This document shows positions 49,525 to 63,158 of a stretch of 64,000 bases of DNA, piece after piece. Source of the stretch: Octopus sinensis (taxonomy: Eukaryota); the NCBI RefSeq assembly GCF_006345805.1, contig NC_043007.1, positions 41,540,001-41,604,000 on the forward strand, written 5' to 3'. Under the pieces are notes generated by a model. It was not told the DNA's origin. It saw nothing but the letters and a program-made list of their open reading frames with translations, and did not search any database. The position numbers and the translations under genes are program-made. The stretch's first letter is position 1. Each line of letters opens with the position of its first letter.

Positions 49525-50090
49525 GCTTTACTGATGAGATGATAGTAAAATAGATGTAAATGATGGATAAATAAAGACATAATGATAGCATAATGTTGGA
49601 TGATAGTTGCTGATAAAACAAAATGCTTGTATGATATTTCCAGCCAATGCTACACACTCAATCTTTGGTGAGTATAAAATGCTTTTATTATTTCCTAAAA
49701 TTACAATTCCAAAATCTGAGAGCATCCTCTGAAATACAGTATGTACCATGTCACCAATATGTACCAATATAGTGTTGCTTTTGAACATTACAAAACAGTT
49801 CAGTTAGAATCTAATCTTTGTTTTGACAGAATTTAGAACAGTGACACCAAGAGTTCACCTAAATATTCCTATGAAGGAAATTATTGGTGTAAATTGGAGC
49901 ACAGCGAGAATTCTTGTTTTTGTTACTGTGGTTGTTAAATAGCCTCTGCTTTACCGATGAGATGATAGTCAAATAGAAGTATATGATGGATAAATAATGA
50001 CATAATGATAGCATAATGTTGGATGATAGTTGCTGATAAAACAAAATGATTGTGATATTTCTAGCTATTGCTACACATTAAATCTTTATT
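49525..50090. repeat. Diverged direct repeat of about 145 bp, offset 423 bp
   Basis: gcttta(c)tgatgagatgatag...gataaaacaaaatg at 49525 and 49948. Confidence 0.8.
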
Positions 50091-50585
50091 GCAAAGGCAA
50101 GCTAGCTAAAGCATTTTTATCCTCTCTTTTTCTTTTAATTAATTTAACGAGACTCATTTTTGTTGAAATTGTTAAAAATTAAATACAGTGACATTAAACT
50201 CTGGGAACATAACTGAAACAACGTAAAAATAAAACAGCCATCTGATGTTGCTGAGAATTTTATCTGAGAGATCTCTTTGTAAATGTAATGTGTTAAAAAT
50301 ACAACACATACACACATTATATATCATCATCATCATCATCATCGTTTAACGTCCGCTTTCCATGGGTTGGACATTTTGACTGAGGGCTGGCGAGCCAGAT
50401 GGCTGCACCAGGCTCCAGTCTTGATTTGGCAGAGTTTCTACAGCTGGATGCCCTTCCTAATGCCAACCACTCCGAGAGTGTAGTGGGTGCTTTTTACGTG
50501 CCACCGGCACGGGGGCCAGTCAGGAGGTACTGGCAATGACCTCGCTCGAATCCTTTTATACATGCAACCAGCACAGGTGCCAGTA

Positions 50586-50627
<42 letters not shown>

Positions 50628-50779
50628 TTGTTGAAATGGAAAGATGAATTTTCTTGTTACAGATTATTCAAAAGTTTAACCGATACCTAGGTAGCAAAAA
50701 TCACAGCAGAAAAAAACACGGTTGGAGATAAGACCATTTGGTGTTGCAACCGTGCGTTGGTGCGGATAATTGAAGTTTA

Positions 50780-51554
50780 ATATAATTAGTGAATGGAAGA
50801 AATGGAGTTGAACGAAGATTGTACAGAATTCCTTTTATTACATTCTACACATGCTTCAAAGGCCAAAATTTTCCAAATTCTGATTAAATAAGGATACCAT
50901 ATTGCAGCTTTCTCTTCAGGAAAAACCAGGAATTACGTTGTCAGAACAAAACAAAACAGAGGCGCAGCAAAGCAATTCGAACGAGGACGCTCCCTAAGAG
51001 CCCATGGGTAAACTGTTTATCAATGTACGTTGAAATCGGGGGGTTGGTGGGGGCCGACAAAAGGTCCGTTGGAATAATTACAGGTCAGGCCGCGGTCAAA
51101 TCTAGTAGGTGAGGAATTAATGAGAACAAGGGGTGTGGAGATGTTCTGTGTGACCAAAACTAATGTTCTGAATATTTTAAGAATACAGGGTGTATTTTTT
51201 AGGGGCGAGACAAAACCTACCTAAAAGCATGTATGTGTATACTAGCCTATGTGTGCGCGGCCGTATGTTGGCGAGGGGCGCTAGATAATGAGCACTGCTG
51301 AAAAAAGCCTGTCAGGCGGCTGAAAAAATTCTGTGTTCGTGTGTTCGTCTGTGGCCTGCTTGTCGAATTGCTTTGCTGCGCCTCTGTTTTGTTTTGTTCT
51401 GACAACGTAATTCCTGGTTTTTCCTGAAGAGAAAGCTGCAATATGGTATCCTTATTTAATCAGAATTTGGAAAATTTTGGCCTTTGAAACATGTGTAGAA
51501 TGTAATAAAAGGAATTCTGTACAATCTTCGTTCAACTCCATTTCTTCCATTCAC

Positions 51555-51563
<9 letters not shown>
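50780..51563. repeat. 201-bp near-perfect inverted repeat (50780-50980 / 51363-51563) around a 382-bp spacer
   Basis: Arms are reverse complements with one mismatch seen (catgcttcaaagg vs catgtttcaaagg). Confidence 0.95.
51421..51500 (+). ncRNA. Possible hammerhead with long loop II inside the inverted-repeat arm (mirror copy 50843-50922 on minus has GAAA changed to GAAG)
   Basis: TTC-CTGAAGA-G-AAAG-(46 nt)-CTTT-GAAAC-ATGT-GTA-GAA; stem I only 3 bp; palindromic ACATGT. Confidence 0.3.
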
Positions 51564-51590
<27 letters not shown>

Positions 51591-54500
51591 AAAACAATAA
51601 ATGTTGCCCTTTTCAAGCCTAGCCAGGCTCATGGGCCCAGTTTCCCAGTTTCTGTGGCGTATGTGTTCCCCCCAGCTGGATGGGACGCCAGTCCATCACA
51701 GCATTCCTCAAGAAACAGGAAGAGAGAGTGAGAGAAAGTTGTGGTGAAAGAGTACAACAGGGGTTGCCACCATCCCCTGCTGGAGCCTACTGGAGCTTTT
51801 AGGTGTTTTCGCTCAATAAACACACACAACGCCCGGTCTGGGAATTGAAACCACGGTCCTCCAGCCACGAGTCTGCTGCCCTAACCACTGGGCCATTGCG
51901 CCTCCACACACACACATATATATATATATATTGAAGTGAAACAAAGATCATTTCAGTAGTGAGTCATGTGAATATCAGAAATATTTCACACTTCTTGAGG
52001 TTTATCAATAACGTGTACCCATTTGTTACATATGCCTGAATGAAATTTGTACTTGAATACATAAGGAACAGTAAATACTAGAATCATTGATTTTGCAGAG
52101 TGTCCCATGAGCTGTAAAAAGATTCAGTGAACACAAATGCAGCAGCACTAAAATAAAACAACCAATTGCATATTATATAAATATACTTATCGTTCATTTA
52201 AAGTGCTGGTCACTTAAAGTAGAGGGAAAGTGTGGAAGAGGGAGACCCAGGAAGACAAGGGACAAAGTACTGAAGGCTGACCTCAAACACTGAACTTTAC
52301 AAAGGTGCTGACAGAGGACCAAGATATGTGGTGCATTGCTGTACTCAAGAACAAAATTGATATCCTAAAACCAAGGTGTAATGTAAAAAAACATTGGTGT
52401 GGGTGCTGGTGTCACATAAAAAGGCACTGGTGATGGTGCCACGTAAAAAGCATTCAGTACACACTGTATAGTGCTTGGTGTTAGGAAGGGCATCCAACTG
52501 TAGAAATCAAGCCAAAACAGACTATGGAACTTGGTGCTGCCCCTGGCCTTGCCTGTTCCTGTCAAGATGTCCAACCCAAGTCAGCATGGAAAATGGACAT
52601 TAAAATTTGATGATGATTGATGACATCATACACCATGGAAAGGCTGCCAAGGGTTTTATTTGATGGACTATCTTGATATGTGTTATGTTAAAAACATAAC
52701 ATATATCAAATCAAAATGAACATTTTCACAACAGTGACTCATGGGAACATTAGGCATGTTTCATCCCTCTTGGGGCTTATTCAATAATATATACCCATTT
52801 GTGTGGAAACGCAATGGCCCAGTGGTTAGGGCAGTGGACTCGCAGTCAGAGCATCGCGGTTTTGATTCCCAGACCGAGCATTGTGTGTGTTTATTGATTG
52901 AAAACACCTAAAGCTCCATGAGGCTCCAGCAGGGGGTGGTGGCGACCCCTGTTGTACTCTTTTGCCCCCAACTCTCTCTCACTCTCTCTTCCTGTTTCTT
53001 GAGTAACGCTGCGATGGACTGGTGTCCCATCCAGCTGGGGGGAACACATACGCCACAGACACCAGGAAACCGGGCCCATGAGACTGGCTAGGCTTGTAAA
53101 GGGAGCATAAATAAAAACATTTGTCACATGCCTGAACTAAGTTCCAGCCTTGATACATAAGAAACAGTGAATAATACATCCCCAGATACCACAGAATACC
53201 TTAAAAAACTCAATATATTGTGCATTTAATACATCATGTCTATGAAGAGATTTTCTCTCAGACAAAAACTGCAGCAACATGCTTTTATATGGCATATATT
53301 GAGTTAGCAAGATACACAGACGATTATTACGATGACATTAAATTGTGTTAGCATTACTGTATTAAGTTGGATTGAATAATTATAAGAAAGCTGAGATGCA
53401 ATATCAAATAGCACAGAAATTTCCAAAATTACTATGTATAGTACTGAGATTGTTTCTTAAAAAAGGCAGCAAATGACTACCAAACGACATTGATATTTAT
53501 ACAAAATATTTCGGCACGTGATAATTGCTTAATGACAAGACAGAGAGTTGTACTAAAATAAATTGGTTACTATGGGTGCAGGCATGGACAAGAAGTTTGC
53601 TTCCCGACCATGTAGTCTTTGGTTCAATCCCACTGCACAGCACTTTGAACAAGTGCCTTCTACTATAACCCTGGGCCAACTAAAGCCTTGCAAGTGAATT
53701 TCAAAGATGGAAACTGAAAGAAGCCCACCGTGTGTGTCATCATTGCCTGACAACTGGTGTTGGTGTGTTTATAGCCTGCAACTTAGCAATTCAGCAAAAG
53801 AAACCAATAAAATAAGTACTAGGTTTAAAATAAGTCCTGGAGCCAATTTGTTTGACTAAACCCTTCAGAGCAGTGCTCTAGCATGGTCACATTCCAATGA
53901 CTTAAATAAGTAAAAAATAGAAGACAACAAGTGTGACTAAATACTTAGACAATCATATTGTATAACAGCTGCAGTAGTAGAGCTGTTGTGGCAGTTTTGT
54001 TGTTGTTGTTGTTGTTGTTATTTGGCTCCATTTCAAGCATGACTGAACAAAACTATGATCAAAGGCTTTCAACCCATGACCAACCATCCTCACTATTTTT
54101 TTTCCTGACATAATATATCTAGGACTACACAATTCAGCTGTTTCATAAGGAATAAACTTATTCTTAATGAAACAGTTGTTAAAAATAAAGAAATTATCAT
54201 CTATGCATGAAATTTAAGCTTTTTTGCCTAAAATACTGGGCTTGATTTATTCACTGAACTTTCTTGAAAGCAGTAGTCTAGCATGGCCAAACCCTAGTAA
54301 CTGAAACAAGTAATAGATAGGTGCAGGCGTGACTGTGTGGTAAGACGCTCGCTGTCGGCGAGCTGGTAGAAACGTTAGCATGCCGGGTGAAATGCTTAGC
54401 AGTATTTCGTCAGCCACTATGTTCTGAGTTCAAATTCTACTGAGGTCGACTTAGCCTTTCATCCTTTCGGGGTCAATTAAATAAGTACCAGTTACACACT

Positions 54501-55118
54501 GGGGTCAATGTAATCAACTAAATCCCTTTGTCTGTCCTTGTTTGTCCCCTCTATGTTTAGCCCCTTGTGTGCAACAAAGAAATAAGAAGCTTGCTTCCCA
54601 ACCACATGGTTCTGGGTTCAGTTCTATTTTGACTCTTTGGGCAAGTGTCTTCTACTATAGCCTCAGGGTGACCAAAGTCTTGTGAGTGGATTTGGTAGAT
54701 GGAAACTGAAAGAAAACTGTTGTATGTATATGTGTGGGTGTGTATGTGTCTGTATGTGTCTCCCGCCCCCATCGCTTAACAATTGATGTTGGTGTGTTTA
54801 CATCCCTGTAACTTAGCGGTTCAGCAAAGGAGACCACTAGACTTACAAAGATTAAGTTCTGGGGTCGATTTGTTCAACTAAAGGTGGTGCTCCAGCATGG
54901 CTGCAGTCGAATGACTGGAACAAATAAATGAATATGTATGTATGAACATACACAAATATTCATGTGCCACATCTGTTTCACAGGTATTGACAATTACAAC
55001 CTTTCATGCCAAAGTCTGAATATTCATAAGTTTTCTAGAGAAAGATACAAGTTTTCTGTTGCTTGCTTCTGATTTATTAACAATTTATTCTCTTAGTTTC
55101 CTGCTCTCCCAAGCTTAC

Positions 55119-55238
55119 CCTTAAAGCACAGGATCTATTTAACTCTCAGACAGGCAACTGTTTCACGTAACATGAGGGCATGTTCATATATCAGTGGGTC
55201 ACTGTGACATGCTAGAGGGCCAACCCTTTTTCACATCC
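55119..55238 (-). other. Candidate non-coding (5' UTR) exon
   Basis: Acceptor ttatttatacag and donor AGG|GTAAGC around 120 nt of unique sequence; stops in all three frames. Confidence 0.3.
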
Positions 55239-58124
55239 TGTATAAATAAGTCATAAAACCTTCTATTTTACCCATAGTCGGGTTCCTTAACAGATACTAC
55301 CACTTAGGACTGGAGCAAGCTTGGAGTAGTGGTGCTTAAGGTGCAACTCTATACACCACGAAATTCCTGAAGGCTCAAATTGGAGCCTCACCACTGAGTG
55401 TGGTTTAATGTCTTTTTTGGGGTTTTTTTTTTTTTGCTAAACTCAAAAGTTATGCTGTCTCACTATGATGCCAGATTTAAACATACTGAGATCCTGAAAG
55501 TCATAGAAAGCTTGGAGGTACTTTGTTACAAAATAATACAACAGAAGATCTAAAAGAAAACTGCAAACAAATAAAGCCTTTTAAGTATTTTGAAGCCCTC
55601 TATGGATTGTAAGACTCTAAACTGGCTTATTTAGCTTATATTTAAATCCAGGATTGTATTTCATTATGAAATAAAAAATATTTTATTCATGTAAAATTAG
55701 AAAAATACCCCATGACTGAACTGAGAAGCATTTGCAATTATTAACAAATTAATAGTAAACATACCAACAAAGAAGCCACTGTATTTAGAAAGGGAAACTC
55801 TTTGCTTTTGGGGTGAAAGATCACCTGCAGTCAAATTTGAAAGTGCCCACTGATGAAGTCACTAAAAATCCATGTAAAATTTTAAGCTTTTCATAACCAT
55901 GAGTAAAGACTCCTTCGTTCATGAATGACCATAGGACTGCACCTAGAAGGTTACGCTCCGAGGTAAAAGTCTGGGGAAGGTTGTTTATGGAAGACCAGCA
56001 GTCGCCCAAGCAAACCAGCCTCCCTCTCGGTGCCACAGATGTTATCCAAGGGAAAGGCAAAGGCTGATACAGCTTGGCACCAGTGATGCCACAACTTTCT
56101 ACAGCTGAATGAAAAGTGTCTTGCTCAAGAACACAACACAGAGCCCAGTCCAGAAATTGACACTGCCTTTGTTTAAATTGATTTTGAAAACAACGAAGAA
56201 TTTAGTAAAAATAACTTAGTGATTATTGAGCTGGTGTCTGGAAGAAACACTAAGAAATTTTAATGAACAAGAAATATTGGTTTCAAATTTTGGCAAAAGG
56301 CCAGCAGTTTCAGGGAAGTGGGTATATCAATTTCAACAACCCCAATACTCAAACAGTACTTACTTTATAAATCATGAAAGATTGGAAGGCAAAGTTGGCC
56401 TTGGCAGTATTTGAACTCAGAACATAAAGACAGATGAAATGCCACTAAGAATTTTGCCCAGCATGCTAACAATTCTGCCAGCTCACCACCTTAATGGAAC
56501 AAGATATATTAATGGAATTTTTGATTTAGACCATTTTAAAATAGGAAGTTTGTATCATACAATCAAGAGCAGTTTCAAGGGGTTGGTATCAAAATGGCTA
56601 AAACAATTTTAATCCTTAAAATTAAAGGAAACTATTTTAATCCTTAAAACCCAAATAGTAGGTTACAGGCCTATGAGTTAGTAAAATCAATGATTCGTTA
56701 TTTTTCTCAGTACAGAGATTCTCATGCTCTTACAATTCACCCTAATACTAAAAGAGTGTTCTTCATAGTTCGTTCATTTGCTAAAAATAGCAGCCAAATT
56801 TCCCTCAAATCATATCCTACTAATTTAAAAAAGAAAAATGCAGGCACACATTAGCTAACAAACAAGTACAGAACAACCAGCTGTCAATCAAGAGTATGAC
56901 CTGATAGCATTTTAACATGCTTTTACTAATTGTTTTAGGGTCCTATGTAGTTACAGACAGACACAGATACCTTCTTGGCCCTCCATGTTGACCATGACCC
57001 AACAATACAGCCAGGCTGGAATAAGAGAGTGAGAGAGGGGAGGGTCTATACCAGCATTCAGCTGGTACTCATTTGCAACTAAATAGATAAGAATAACATT
57101 AAATGAAGTGCCTTGTTCAAGAACAGAATGAGCTGCCCAGTCCAGGAATTGAACCCATGATGGCAAGTCAAATACCTTAACCACTAGGCCATACACCTTC
57201 AAAGGGATGATATAGCGCAAGATAAAAAATGGAAAAGAATCAGATGATCATGGTAAGGATACATATTTGACTGCTTAATTAGGGTTGATTTTGGCCTAGA
57301 CAACCATGACGACAATAATGATTGCTAAGACACTGGTTTGGGTTCCCTGCCAAATAATTATATTTGCTCATTGGCTTCTGGATGGGGAAGGAGGACTGTT
57401 CCATTGTTTAAGGAGAGGGAAGACAAGTCCATCGACAACTATTATAACTACTTTTTCCTAGTTTTATTTCATCCAACAAAGTACACCATCATCCCTTGCC
57501 TACCAGTACACACATCACAACAGAGATATCATGTGACCTACAGACAAACTTTTTGAAATGTCAAAAGTCCCAAAAGCTAGATTTGGGTGGTGATAAACAA
57601 TGTGAGAATTTAAGAGACAAGGCAGCTGAGCTTTTTCTATAAAAAAATATATACTAATTGAAAATTTTGTTCTGTAACACTTAATGATAATCACAGGGAT
57701 AATTGGGCCCTCAGACCTACAAAATGCAACAAACGTATTGAAATTGTTCTGAATGAAGATGCTTAGAGGAGTCATCATTTTCAATTAGACATACATACCA
57801 AAACTAATACAGTCTGTCTCATGGTTACATCTACTGTTTGTATTCCCAGCTAGGGAGAACTGTTTTCATTCTGACACCAAGCTAACTGTAAAGTTTAGAA
57901 GACTCGTTAAAAGTGGGACAAACACCACTGGTAGAATTAGGTTTTCTCAAGACTATTAAAAGCTTATTGCATCATTTACGCATGCACACACACACATACA
58001 TACATTCGTATATCGGTTCAACTATCAGCGTTTGGGCCATGCAGCATCACAAGTTCCTGTTATTTTGTTTTTCAGTGTTTCATTTTTTTTTGGTGTTTTC
58101 ATGGTTATTGTGACTGTTGTTTAC

Positions 58125-58428
58125 CTTCACACCAGTCCCAGACCAACAGCTAGACATATGTTCAAAAATGTCCCAGCTGTTACCATCACATCTCTTAAAT
58201 CAGTATATCCAATGCATCCTTCCATTTTCAAGACAGCAGAGTGTGGTTTCAGAAAAATCTGACTGATATTTTCATCCCATTGAATGACCCTGGTAGAGGT
58301 TCTCCTGTGGATGGATTTTGTTGTTGTGTGTGTGTTGCTGTTGAGCTCCTGGCTAGGTAAACCTTTGGGTCCACAATGTTCCAGCATTAACCATCTCACT
58401 TTTTTACAAAGATATATAAAGTCAACAT
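58125..58428 (-). other. Candidate 5' UTR exon containing an upstream ORF
   Basis: Unique-sequence island bounded by atattttag and AAG|GTAAAC; the open frame ends in TGA 2 nt before the donor. Confidence 0.2.
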
Positions 58429-60620
58429 CTAAAATATATTTTCCTTCAATGGGGCAGTACAGTGTGTCCGGGTGAGATTTAGGCTGCTATTTCAATCTTG
58501 TTGACTTACCTATGCAATGTTTATTTTTTTTAAATAACTCTAAAGGAACTTGTAGTGGTTTATATCAACAAATATTATACAGACAAGATCAATAAGTTTA
58601 CATAATGCTGCCATGGAGAGAAAAGAAATTTGAAATTTCTCGTCTCCATGCTCAGTACTTAAACTGATGAAATTCACTGTTTTGATTATTGATGTGGGGG
58701 TAAAGCTGTTAAATAACATGGTGTACTGTCTAAACCCAAGAACAAAATTAAGTCAACAGACCTGTGATAAAAAAAAATGCTCCAGCACATGGTTCCAGGT
58801 TCAGTCCCACTGCATGGCACCTTGGGCAAGTGTCTTCTACTATAGCCTCGGGCCAACCAAACCCTTGTGAGTGGATTTGGTAGACGAAAACTGAAAGAAG
58901 CCCTTCGTATATATATATATATAATGTGTGTGTGTGTATACGCTTGTGTGTCTGTGTTTGTACCCTCAACATCCCTTGACCACCGATGCTGGTGTGTTTA
59001 TGTCCCTGTAACTTAGCAGTTCGGCAAAAGAGGCTGATAGAATAAGTACTAGGTCTACAAACAATAAGTGCTAGGGTCAATTTGCTCGACTAAAGGCGGT
59101 GCTCCAGCATGGCCACAGTCAAATGACTGAAACAAGTAAAAGAGTAAAAAAGAGATATGATCAGCTTGTCTTAGCTCTATTCAGCCGTAAGTTTCGTAGG
59201 CTCACGAAATAAAGCGAATTTCGTCAGGCATACAACCAAACCTTTTGTTTGTCCACTCACTCGTATGCATATGTATATATCTACACACACACACACCAAT
59301 TATATCTGAATCTGTTTTATCTAGACATCTTGTCAACAGAACACACGCATTGACAAAATGACCCTACCAAGATACACTACCTATTTTAATACAAGATTTC
59401 GCATCAAGAATCTAGCAAAACAAATGCAAGAACCGCGCGCATGGGGTGAGAGCTTCGTAAGAAATTTGGTAAAGTGTAACACTCTGGGGACAGGAATAAA
59501 AGGAATGGATCCAGCAGGTAGTTATGGGCCCGTTTTTTGATTCTCGGAGTTTCGGAGCGATCTAGTAGCTAAACTGAGTTCTCATAGGACCACATTATCC
59601 AGTGGACTACATTTTTAAGACATGGTATGGTTTGAGAGAGATTTTGTTGCCATTTTTAGCAGATCGGTCAACAACATAAAAGCCCCTCTTTTTGGTTCCT
59701 AACAACGACAAACACTATCAGGGTACCTGAGACAGCAGACACCCGAACTAAATGCGTGAATTGGTTCAAACCTAGCCCACGTTAAAAGAATGAACACTTG
59801 AGGGGTTAGTCAACTACCTACAAAAGTTAAAAGAACCAAATAACGACATGCATACACATAGCAGCGACGTGTGAAGCTTGCTTCCCAACCATGTGGTTTC
59901 GGGTTCAAACCCATTGCACGGCAACTTGGGCACGAGTCTTCTACTATACCGCCGAGTCAACCAAAACCTTCTTTGGGTGACGAAAACTGAAAGAAGCAAG
60001 TCATATCTATATATATATATATACATACACATATATATATATATACATATATATACACACATATACATATATACACACATATACATATATACACACATAT
60101 ATACACATATATATATACATACACACAAATATTTATACATGCATACACACAGATATATGTACACATGTCTGTGTGACCACTGCTTGACAATCGGTCCTGG
60201 TTTGTTTACGTCCCTATAACTTAGAGGTTCGACAAAATAGCCAGACTGAATAAGTACCAGGCTTAAATATGAATACAGGAGTATTTGCTCGACTAAACGC
60301 TTCAAGGCAGTGCCCCAGCATAGCCGCAGTCCAAAGAACAAGTGAAAGAAATATATATGTGTGTGTGTGTGTGTGTAGAGGTGTGGGGTAGGAGGAATTC
60401 TTAAAAGATAATATATAAAGTGGTAACAATACATTTCAGTGTTTACAAATAAATACAAAAGAACGGACGTTTTCGCAAAGAATAGGGGAAATGTAAAAAA
60501 AGAAGAAAGAACCCCAAACATCTTTATAAGTGTTTCGATGAAATCAGGTCAAAGTAAAAAAAAAAAAGTTGCGCTTATTCACAAAAATATAACCTGTTCC
60601 CCTTTTAGCACATACTAGAC

Positions 60621-60702
<82 letters not shown>

Positions 60703-61411
60703 CACACACATACAAACAAACACATATATATACATACTAGCAGACATTAAATTATGGTATATGTGTGTTTATGTTTATGAAAGCAAACAAAGTGAACAAA
60801 AATAAACCTTGTCCTTCGATATAAGGTAGTGTTTTTCTTTGACACATTTCCCCGTTTCATATACTCCCTAATTTGTAAAATAAATTTCATATACATATAT
60901 ATATATATTTAAATTTACCCACCGGAATTCCTTAATAAAGGCTCGTCTGTTTTCACCAACATGACAAATATTTAAGACAATCAAGTGTAAATACTCCACG
61001 GACAGTTTAGTCTTGAGAATAACAACTTTTGATCCAGTTTCTTAAGTGGATGACTACGCTCCGTTGCGATTATTATTATTATTGTTTTCGTTTGTTTGTT
61101 TTTTTCCGACGGTTACAACAAATTATAAACAATCTTAGAATGAGTGACGAGTATAAATAATATTGGTCTTAGCCATAGCTGATATGAGTAATTAGTGAAT
61201 TATCAATGAAGCTTACTAGTTATTTATCTAACCAATAAGTTTGAAGTGGCTTCAATAAATTGTTTTTTTTTTTTTTATCAATTATAAGTTGGTTAATGAA
61301 CGATCATTTCAGTGTTTTTGTACAATCAGTAATTAATAAACAGTTATTGTTAACAACGAGGCAGAAAACCCCATATGGGGGTCGGGAGACTTAAAGGTAC
61401 ACGAGGCTTAC

Positions 61412-61480
61412 CCGTCCTTTGCGGTTACGATGAAGTTGATATGAAATAGCTATACAGCATACTCGCTCTGTGTGAGTGAG
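61412..61480 (-). promoter_or_regulatory. Candidate non-coding first exon / TSS region of the minus-strand gene
   Basis: Strong donor CGG|GTAAGC (61411-61406) in unique, CpG-rich sequence; upstream boundary approximate; linkage to the gene is inference. Confidence 0.35.
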
Positions 61481-61808
61481 ACGTTTACACTAATAGTACA
61501 CAGAAACATACACACTGACACACATAGACACACATACACACGCTGACATACAAACACACATACTGACATATATACACACAAACATGTGCGAGCATGTGTG
61601 AGTGCTGGTGCGACTGAGGGTGAGAGATGCAGTAGAAAAATAGATGGTTATTTTTCACTTGCTCCCTCCACCAAAATGGGTAGAGATGTATAGGACAGAG
61701 AAATAAGTACGACATTGGTAGGACAAGGGAGGGGATTAGTTGCAGGGTAGTGATGGCGGTGGAGAGAGTGTTGACATTAAATACTGAATACACACACACA
61801 TCACACAC

Positions 61809-61819
<11 letters not shown>

Positions 61820-61842
<23 letters not shown>

Positions 61843-62549
61843 GCATATATATATGTATGTATGTACCACAGTATTAACCAGACTATCGGATGTTGTTATA
61901 CATCGCTGGTCACAATGCGCTTCGCATAAGAAGAGCGACTGTTTATTGTTTGGCTGATGCGAACAGGTATAGAAATATTCTTTTACTCTTTTGACTGTGG
62001 CCATGCTGGAGCACCACCTTTAGTCGAGCACATCAACCCCAGGATTTATTCTTTGTAAGCCTAGTACTTATTCTATCGGTGTCTTTGGCCGAACCGCTAA
62101 GTTACGGGGACGTAAACACACCACCATCGGTTGTCAAGCGATGTTGGGGGACAAACACGGATACACAAACATATACATGCACACACACACACAACACACA
62201 CACACACACACACGCATATATATATGTATGTATGTACCACAGTATTAACCAGACTATCGGATGTTGTTATACATCGCTGGTCACAATGCGCTTCGCATAA
62301 GAAGAGCGACTGTTTATTGTTTGGCTGATGCGAACAGGTATAGAAATATTTTTTTACTCTTTTGACTGTGGCCATGCTGGAGCACCACCTTTAGTCGAGC
62401 ACATCAACCCCAGGATTTATTCTTTGTAAGCCTAGTACTTATTCTATCGGTGTCTTTGGCCGAACCGCTAAGTTACGGGGACGTAAACACACCACCATCG
62501 GTTGTCAAGCGATGTTGGGGGACAAACACGGATACACAAACATATACAT

Positions 62550-62580
<31 letters not shown>
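61820..62580. repeat. 371-bp near-identical tandem duplication with breakpoints in (CA)n tracts
   Basis: gtaccacagtattaacc at 61863 and 62234; each unit is unique sequence plus the 3' half of SINE A. Confidence 0.95.
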
Positions 62581-62606
<26 letters not shown>

Positions 62607-63158
62607 CATACATTCAAACATACATACATACATACATACATACATACATACATACATACATACATACATACATACAACGAGCTTCTTTCAGTTTCTGTCT
62701 ACCAAATCCACTCACAAGGCTTTGGTCGGTCTGAGGCTAAAGTAGAAGACACTTGCCCAAGGTGCCACGCAGTGGGACTGAACCTGGTCCCATGTGGTTG
62801 GTAAGCAAGCTACTTAACCACACATTAACTTAACTTTTATATCTTTATTTGCATACCTAACAACCAGGCTGCCTACCGTGTAATATAAAATCACTTTCTT
62901 CAGTTTATCGTACTTCTGTAAGGAAAAAATCCACAACCTCCCGCCCCGATGAACCACTATTGTTCCTGAAAGTTGTTTTTCATTTTTTCTACAGATTGCT
63001 TGAAGCTCACCTTTTTCCTACACCTCGATCTTTGGATCTTACATTATATATATAGTTAATCCAAACAAGAAAACACAGAAAAAAAGAGAAAAAAACAGCA
63101 ACGCGAGGACGTGGAACAATTAAAGTATTATTGACGCTCAGGAAAGAAGGGAAGGAGG

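Noticed and set aside
49531-49620. CTGATGAG resembling a hammerhead core
   Set aside because: There is no paired stem II, no GAAA at the right spacing and no stem I.
57550-57645. Open minus-strand segment with AG and GTAGGT ends
   Set aside because: The donor context is weak and its phase 1-to-0 does not connect to the phase-1 acceptor at 18133.
59814-60521. Longest ORF in the window (235 aa)
   Set aside because: It is composed of an antisense SINE-A copy plus (TA/CA)n translated as YMCVY runs.
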